Below, piece after piece: positions 58,636 through 64,000 of a stretch of 64,000 nt of DNA. Source of the stretch: Christensenella sp. UBA6094 (GTDB taxonomy: Bacteria > Bacillota > Clostridia > Christensenellales > UBA6094); contig DIWY01000003.1 of NCBI GenBank assembly GCA_002435915.1, positions 639-64,638 on the forward strand, written 5' to 3'. A model generated the notes under the pieces. It was not told where the DNA came from. It ran no database searches and saw only the letters and a program-made list of their open reading frames with translations. Position numbers and translations under genes: made by a program. Numbering within the stretch: position 1 is the stretch's first letter; every line of letters begins with the position of its first letter.

Positions 58636-59382
58636 ATGAGAAAACCTTTTATATGTGCAAACTGGAAAATGAATAAAACCGCAAATCAAGCACAGAAGCT
58701 AATTGATGAGCTTTTGCCTTTAGTTAAAAATGCTAAATGTGAAATCGCTGTATGCCCTCCATATACTACTCTTTGGGGAATAAATGATAAACTAAGTGGG
58801 TCAAACATTGCACTAGGCGCACAGAACATAAATCAGAACGCAAGTGGCGCATTTACTGGCGAAGTATCTGCTGATATGCTTAGAGAAATTGGAGTTGATT
58901 ATGTTATAATAGGGCACAGTGAACGTAGACAGTACTACAATGAGACAGATGAGACTGTTTCAGCTAAAGTAAAAGTTGCTCTTGCAAATGAAATTAAGCC
59001 TATTATATGTGTGGGAGAAAGTTTGGCACAAAGAGAATCAGATGAAACATTTGCTGTACTTGATAGGCAAGTAAACGCTGCACTTGAAGGCATAGTGGTA
59101 GAAGATGCAGAAAGCATTGTATTTGCATATGAGCCGATCTGGGCAATTGGAACGGGCAAAACGGCTAGTGCTCAGCAGGCAAACGATGCGATAGGTCATA
59201 TTAGAGCAATTATTGCTGCTAAACTATCTAAAGATGCAGCAGATTCAATACGTATTTTATACGGCGGAAGCATGAACGAGAAAAACGTAAAAGAACTAAT
59301 GGCAATGGAAGAAATAGACGGGGGTCTTATCGGCAGTGCTAGCCTAAACGCTAAGCAGTTTGCTGAGCTGGTGTGCTATTAG
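58636..59382 (+). CDS. tpiA: Triose-phosphate isomerase
   Basis: ICANWKMNKT, IGHSERR and AYEPIWAIGTG motifs. ATG 58636 lies just after the pgk stop. Confidence 0.95.
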   Translation: MRKPFICANWKMNKTANQAQKLIDELLPLVKNAKCEIAVCPPYTTLWGINDKLSGSNIALGAQNINQNASGAFTGEVSADMLREIGVDYVIIGHSERRQYYNETDETVSAKVKVALANEIKPIICVGESLAQRESDETFAVLDRQVNAALEGIVVEDAESIVFAYEPIWAIGTGKTASAQQANDAIGHIRAIIAAKLSKDAADSIRILYGGSMNEKNVKELMAMEEIDGGLIGSASLNAKQFAELVCY

Positions 59383-59393
59383 GAAAGGGTTTT

Positions 59394-60920
59394 ATGAGTA
59401 AAGATATTTTGGCACTCATAATAATGGATGGCTATGGCATTAGTGATGAAAAAGAGAATAATGCTGTAGAAAATTGTGGGTCACATTACATAAAAGATTA
59501 TATGGCGAAATATCCGTTCACGATAATTGAAGCGAGTGAGGAAGCTGTCGGCTTGCCTTCTGGGCAGATGGGCAACTCTGAAGTTGGACATCAAAATATT
59601 GGCGCAGGCAGGATAGTGTATCAAGAACTCACACGTATAAGCAAAGCTATTTCAGATGGAGACTTTTTTAAAAACGAAGAACTGCTAAATGCGATTGGTT
59701 TTGCTAAAGAGAATAATGGTGCTGTTCATTTGATGGGACTATTGTCAGATGGCGGAGTGCATAGTCATATAGATCATATTATAGCGTTACTTGAACTCTT
59801 AAAGAGTCAGCAAGTTAAAGATGTTTATTTGCATTGCTTTATGGATGGCAGAGATGTTTCTCCAACGAGCGGAATAAAGTACATTAAACGTCTTGAACAA
59901 GAGATAGAAAGACTTCAAACAGGTTGTATTGCAACGATTATTGGCAGATATTATGCGATGGATAGGGACAACAGATGGGATCGTGTTGAAAAAGCATACA
60001 ATGCCATAGTAGACGCAAAAGGTGCAGCGTTTGACAACCCAGAAAAGCTAGTAGAAGAAAGCTATGCGGACGGCATTACGGACGAATTCATTATGCCGTC
60101 AGTCTTAAACGGGTACAAAGGTATTAAAGATGGCGATAGTATAATTTGCTATAACTTTAGACCTGATAGAGCCAGAGAGATAACAAGAGCTTTTATCCAA
60201 GATCAATTTAAAGAGTTTAGCAGAAAAGCATTTAAAGACATTTGCTATTTATGCATGACACAATACGATATAACATTTGAAAATGTGCTTGTTGCGTTTA
60301 AACCTCAGTCACTTGACAATACATTTGGGCAGTATATTTCTAGCTTAGGACTTAAGCAACTTAGGATAGCCGAGACAGAAAAATACGCACACGTCACATT
60401 CTTCTTCAATGGTGGAATAGAACAGCCTTATGTAGGCGAAGACAGAGTGCTAATACCTTCACCAAAAGTTGCGACATACGACCTTAAGCCAGAGATGAGC
60501 GCTAATGAACTGACTGAAAAGATAATAGAATTATTAAATAAAGACATATACGATGTCATGATAATAAATTTTGCTAACCCAGATATGGTAGGCCATACAG
60601 GTAACTTTGAGGCTGCATGCTCGGCAGTAGCTACAGTCGAAAAATGCGTGCATGAAGTCGTAGAGAAAATAAGGTCGAAAGGCGGCAGGGCAATCATTAC
60701 TGCTGATCATGGCAACGCAGATAGAATGAGAGCTGACGATGGACCCTATACTGCGCACACAACAAACTTAGTACCTTTTATTGTAGTAGATGATAATAGA
60801 AAAAATGCAGAACTACTCAGTGGAGGAAAGCTTTGTGATATTGCTCCAACGATGCTATACCTGATGGGACTTACAATACCGAAAGAAATGACAGGTAAAA
60901 ACTTAATAAAAGAACTATAA
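59394..60920 (+). CDS. gpmI: 2,3-bisphosphoglycerate-independent phosphoglycerate mutase
   Basis: IIMDGYG, GNSEVGHQNIGAGR and ADHGNA motifs. Start at ATG 59394. Confidence 0.95.
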   Translation: MSKDILALIIMDGYGISDEKENNAVENCGSHYIKDYMAKYPFTIIEASEEAVGLPSGQMGNSEVGHQNIGAGRIVYQELTRISKAISDGDFFKNEELLNAIGFAKENNGAVHLMGLLSDGGVHSHIDHIIALLELLKSQQVKDVYLHCFMDGRDVSPTSGIKYIKRLEQEIERLQTGCIATIIGRYYAMDRDNRWDRVEKAYNAIVDAKGAAFDNPEKLVEESYADGITDEFIMPSVLNGYKGIKDGDSIICYNFRPDRAREITRAFIQDQFKEFSRKAFKDICYLCMTQYDITFENVLVAFKPQSLDNTFGQYISSLGLKQLRIAETEKYAHVTFFFNGGIEQPYVGEDRVLIPSPKVATYDLKPEMSANELTEKIIELLNKDIYDVMIINFANPDMVGHTGNFEAACSAVATVEKCVHEVVEKIRSKGGRAIITADHGNADRMRADDGPYTAHTTNLVPFIVVDDNRKNAELLSGGKLCDIAPTMLYLMGLTIPKEMTGKNLIKEL

Positions 60921-60946
60921 GCGCAGTAATTGCGCTTTATTTTTTT
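60919..60946 (+). terminator. Rho-independent terminator
   Basis: AAGCGCA / TGCGCTT stem with loop GTAAT, then TATTTTTTT. Confidence 0.8.
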
Positions 60947-60992
60947 GCATCTAGGGTATAATACTTATGAAAATAATGAAGAGGTGTAGTTT

Positions 60993-62270
60993 ATGAAGAT
61001 AGATAGAATAGATGCAATAGAAGTACTTGATTCAAGAGGAAACCCGACACTTCAAACAATTGTTACATTAGATAGCGGTGCTGTGGGTTCGTTCATTGTC
61101 CCATCAGGAGCTTCAGTGGGTACGTATGAAGCATTAGAGCTTAGAGATGGTGGAGAGCGCTACGGAGGCAAAGGTATGCTGCATGCCATAGAAAATACTG
61201 AAGATATTATATCAAAAGAGCTAAAAGGCATGGATGCATCTATGCAAGCAATAATAGATACTACTTTGATAAAGATGGATGGTACAGAGAACAAAAGCGT
61301 TCTAGGAGCTAATACAATTCTTGGAGTATCTGTAGCTTGCGCAAAAGCCGCAGCTAATGAGCTGAAAATACCTCTATATAGGTATATTGGAGGAGCAGTT
61401 GCAAATATACTGCCAGTTCCAATGATGAATATATTAAATGGTGGAGTGCACGCAACAAATGGGTTGGATTTTCAGGAATTTATGATCATGCCTGTTGGCG
61501 CTAAAAGCATGCAACAAGCTGTCATGATGTGTTCAATGACTTATCAATCGCTTAAACGAGTATTATTAAGCAAAGGGCTATCTGCTGGCGTCGGAGACGA
61601 GGGTGGCTTTGCACCGAGCGTTGGTTCAGCAGAAGAAGCGATAGAACTGCTGTTAATAGCTATTGAATCAGCAGGCTATGAACCGAGAAAAGACATAGCA
61701 ATTGCTATGGATATAGCAGCAAATGAGCTTTATAACAAAGAAGAAAAAGTGTACAAGCTTACAGGCGACTATAATGTGCTTAACAGTGCTGAAATGGTTG
61801 ATTATTACTGCACACTCGTAGATAAATACCCAATAATATCTATAGAAGATGGGCTATACGAAGATGATACTGAAGGAACAAAATTATTAACACAAAAACT
61901 TGGAGATAAGATACAAATTGTTGGGGACGATTTGTTTGTAACAAATACAAATAAAATACTGTACGGGATAGAAAACGGTCTGGCAAATGCAGTACTAATA
62001 AAAATGAACCAAATAGGCACGCTTACAGAAACTCTTAACGCAATAAACTTAGCTAAAAGAGTAGGATACAATACTGTCATCTCTCATAGATCGGGTGACA
62101 CAGAAGACACAATGATAGCAGATTTGGCTGTAGCAGTTGGCTCAGGGCAAATAAAAGCAGGAGCTCCAGCAAGATCAGAGCGTACAGCAAAATATAATCG
62201 GCTACTAGCTATAGAGAAACAGCTTGGCATGTCTCAGTTAGGTGTATTTATTAATGGTAAATTTAGATAA
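60993..62270 (+). CDS. eno: Enolase (somewhat divergent)
   Basis: [32 protein letters not shown] and SHRSGDTED motifs. Canonical SGASTG reads SGASVG here. Confidence 0.9.
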   Translation: MKIDRIDAIEVLDSRGNPTLQTIVTLDSGAVGSFIVPSGASVGTYEALELRDGGERYGGKGMLHAIENTEDIISKELKGMDASMQAIIDTTLIKMDGTENKSVLGANTILGVSVACAKAAANELKIPLYRYIGGAVANILPVPMMNILNGGVHATNGLDFQEFMIMPVGAKSMQQAVMMCSMTYQSLKRVLLSKGLSAGVGDEGGFAPSVGSAEEAIELLLIAIESAGYEPRKDIAIAMDIAANELYNKEEKVYKLTGDYNVLNSAEMVDYYCTLVDKYPIISIEDGLYEDDTEGTKLLTQKLGDKIQIVGDDLFVTNTNKILYGIENGLANAVLIKMNQIGTLTETLNAINLAKRVGYNTVISHRSGDTEDTMIADLAVAVGSGQIKAGAPARSERTAKYNRLLAIEKQLGMSQLGVFINGKFR

Positions 62271-62360
62271 TGAAAAAATATAGGATGTTTATTAAACTAG
62301 ATTAATTCTTAAACTTAGCTTAATACGTTAAAAATACCTAATATTTACCAATAATGGGTA

Positions 62361-62399
62361 TTGATATCAATTAAAATATGCTTTAATATAAAAGCATAT
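62361..62399 (+). promoter_or_regulatory. Promoter (TTGATA-17-TAATAT) overlapped by a 9-bp-arm palindrome
   Basis: TTGATA at 62361-62366 and TAATAT at 62384-62389. ATATGCTTT-AATATA-AAAGCATAT spans 62376-62399. Confidence 0.45.
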
Positions 62400-62417
62400 G
62401 CTATAGGGGGTTGGATT

Positions 62418-62951
62418 TTGGGCGGTAGTTTAGATGTTAAAAAGATGGTTTGGTCTAGTTTGTTAGTCGCATTGGGCATATTACTACCAATCCTTTTTCG
62501 TTCTATTGGTGCAGGTAGTACGTTTTTGCCTATGCATTTGCCTATTTTGCTGGCAGGGTTTATATTGCCATTGCCGTTTGCAATCGCAGTTGCAGCGATA
62601 ACACCTCTGCTAAGCAGTATCTTTTCTGGCATGCCACCATACCCATTTCTTTTATATATGATCCCTGAGCTTGTTACGTATGCCCTTGTAATAAGCTTAA
62701 TGTATAATAAAAACATTAAAGCACCTTTTATTAAAAGAATATACTTGCCACTTGGTATAGCAATGATAATTGGCAGGCTTACTGCCAGTTTATTTCAGGC
62801 AATACTGCTTGCAAACAGTATAGACATTATAGTGTTTTTTTCCTCAACTATTATTACATGCGTGCCAGGAATTATATTGCAGCTTATTGTAATTCCCATA
62901 ATTTTGTATTCATTTATTAAAGCTGGATTCATTGAAGGAAGTATTGCGTAA
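62418..62951 (+). CDS. ECF transporter substrate-specific (S) component, substrate unknown
   Basis: Six-TM-like small membrane protein with an FLPMHLPILLAG motif. Start uncertain: TTG 62418 is 7 nt after TAGGGGG, and the track ATG at 62361 falls in the promoter region. Confidence 0.65.
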   Translation: MGGSLDVKKMVWSSLLVALGILLPILFRSIGAGSTFLPMHLPILLAGFILPLPFAIAVAAITPLLSSIFSGMPPYPFLLYMIPELVTYALVISLMYNKNIKAPFIKRIYLPLGIAMIIGRLTASLFQAILLANSIDIIVFFSSTIITCVPGIILQLIVIPIILYSFIKAGFIEGSIA

Positions 62952-63012
62952 AGAGAGTATTGCAAAAGAGAAGCAGATATATTAGATGAACATAATAATT
63001 TAGCTGAAAGTA

Positions 63013-63040
63013 AAAAGCCTTAGAAATAGGGCTTTTATTA
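63013..63040 (+). terminator. Rho-independent terminator
   Basis: AAAAGCC / GGCTTTT stem, then ATTATTT. Confidence 0.6.
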
Positions 63041-63164
63041 TTTCCAAGAATAATAATAAATAAAAATTTGACAATAGTTGAATCGAGTTACTGATTATTA
63101 GTTCCTAATATAAATAAAATATGGTATTATATTTAAGAATAAAGCGTAGTGAGGAGAATCTATC

Positions 63165-63485
63165 GTGATTGAGACAAGTTCATACGACGAAAAAACAAAT
63201 GCTTGGGTTATTGCTTTGTCAGGTGATATAGAAATATACAATGTGCAGGATTTAAAAAAAGAGCTACTTCAATTAATTGCTGAGAAAAAAGCAGATATTG
63301 TATTAGATGCTACAAAACTTAATTATATAGATAGTACAGGCTTGGGAGTACTTGTAAGCGTTCTTAAAGAAGTAAAAGCATATGGCGGAAAGATTACAAT
63401 CGTTCACTTAAAGCCGTATATTGCAAAAATATTTAGTATTACAGGGCTTGATAATGTATTTAGTATAGAGGTGGATCAGGTATGA
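63165..63485 (+). CDS. STAS-domain anti-sigma-factor antagonist (SpoIIAA/RsbV-like)
   Basis: GTG start after GAGGAG. LNYIDSTGLGVL motif with the phosphorylatable Ser. Confidence 0.88.
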   Translation: MIETSSYDEKTNAWVIALSGDIEIYNVQDLKKELLQLIAEKKADIVLDATKLNYIDSTGLGVLVSVLKEVKAYGGKITIVHLKPYIAKIFSITGLDNVFSIEVDQV

Positions 63486-63856
63486 GCTTGGATGTAATTA
63501 ATCTCATTATTCCTGCAAAACCGGAATATGTGCTGACAGTAAGGTTGGCTGTTGCTGGAATTGCAACTAGGGCAGGTCTTGATGTTGAGAGCATCGAAGA
63601 CTTAAAAGTGTGCGTTGCTGAAGGCTGTATTTTGCTTATTGGTGAAGATGAGCCAAAAGAAAATGAAAACATTTCTATATTGTTTTCCATTGAAGATGAG
63701 CTAAAAATAGAACTGTCTCGCAAAAGAGAATGTACACTACTATCCGCAGAAGCAGGCGAGTTAAGCGTAAGCATAATGGAGTCTTTGGTAGATGGTGTTT
63801 CGATCGATTGCAAAGACGGGTCTTGTACTATTATGCTAGTAAAACAACTTAATTAA
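63482..63856 (+). CDS. SpoIIAB/RsbW-like anti-sigma factor with degenerate ATP-binding motifs
   Basis: 124 aa, overlapping the antagonist gene by 4 nt. The N-terminal half aligns by eye with SpoIIAB (…LTVRLAVAGIATRAGLDVESIEDLKVCVAEGCILLIG). I find no N-box Asn and no DxGxG or GxGxG boxes. Confidence 0.6.
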   Translation: MSLDVINLIIPAKPEYVLTVRLAVAGIATRAGLDVESIEDLKVCVAEGCILLIGEDEPKENENISILFSIEDELKIELSRKRECTLLSAEAGELSVSIMESLVDGVSIDCKDGSCTIMLVKQLN

Positions 63857-63874
63857 AGGTGCGTGCTAAACAGA

Positions 63875-64000
63875 ATGGAGTGGCCAAAAGACAAACTAAC
63901 AGATGAAGAAATACAGGCTCTTTTTCAAGAGTATAACGATACAAAGAGTATCGACGTGCGTAATGTTCTGGTGAACCATTACTTATATGTTGCGCAGGTT
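63875..64000 (+). CDS. Sigma-70 family sigma factor (SigB/SigF/FliA group), 5' fragment running off the window
   Basis: MEWPKDKLTDEEIQALFQEYNDTKSIDVRNVLVNHYLYVAQV resembles the region 1.2/2.1 entry of group-3 sigma factors. The start is uncertain (ATG 63875 or in-frame GTG 63863). Confidence 0.6.
   Translation, partial: MEWPKDKLTDEEIQALFQEYNDTKSIDVRNVLVNHYLYVAQV

Noticed and set aside
60993-62270. The enolase looks somewhat divergent ([34 protein letters not shown]). In addition, pgk-tpiA-gpmI lacks an upstream gap/cggR.
   Set aside because: All catalytic and metal-ligand positions I can place are retained, and the substitutions are conservative. gap may simply be encoded elsewhere. This is ordinary variation.
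1-64000. Window-wide look for rRNA, tRNA, CRISPR arrays, transposases/integrases, prophage or known defence-system genes, and toxin-antitoxin pairs.
   Set aside because: None recognised. The only exact repeat of notable length is the 26-bp pair at 27495-27572. The Pro/Thr-coding repeat at about 53040-53096 is simply the low-complexity tail of the VanW/G5 protein.

Overview
The window looks like low-GC Firmicutes (Clostridia-like) chromosome; hand-counted 60-nt samples range from about 23% to 45% GC. The first 19.8 kb is core: most of the S10-spc-alpha ribosomal superoperon (rplC to rplQ, with secY, adk, map, infA, rpmJ, rpoA), then ecfA1-ecfA2-ecfT-truA and rplM-rpsI. The last ~23 kb is mostly housekeeping: trxB, glmM-glmS, reverse rubrerythrin, aconitase, a split chrA pair, rex, a VanW/G5 protein, trmL, a Na/Pi transporter, pgk-tpiA-gpmI, eno, an orphan ECF S-component, and the start of an anti-sigma/sigma module. 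The middle (about 20-41 kb, plus some genes to 47.5 kb) is a patchwork of single genes and short operons, each with its own promoter and hairpin terminator. I found no rRNA, tRNA, CRISPR array, transposase, integrase or recognisable defence genes, and I cannot point to a clear multi-gene novel system. The best leads are: (1) a 17/18 CIRCE (HrcA operator) behind a consensus promoter, with no chaperone gene downstream, followed by a three-segment terminator/antiterminator-like RNA and an AT-rich orphan GT-A/RGP-like gene; (2) a perfect 26-bp direct repeat (52-bp period) upstream of a SHOCT-SHOCT-response regulator-histidine kinase operon; (3) a four-domain, four-cysteine sulfur-relay fusion (CoA-disulfide reductase, rhodanese, TusA, DsrE) flanked by a SufC-like ATPase with a Cys-rich tail, a SufB/D-like protein and TrxB; (4) a GntR regulator next to a strongly divergent ketol-acid reductoisomerase-like gene; (5) a SpoIIAB/RsbW-like anti-sigma protein that has lost its ATP-binding motifs; and (6) five terminators sharing one palindromic core. 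Everything rests on reading the sequence and remembered family motifs; no searches or folding programs were run.
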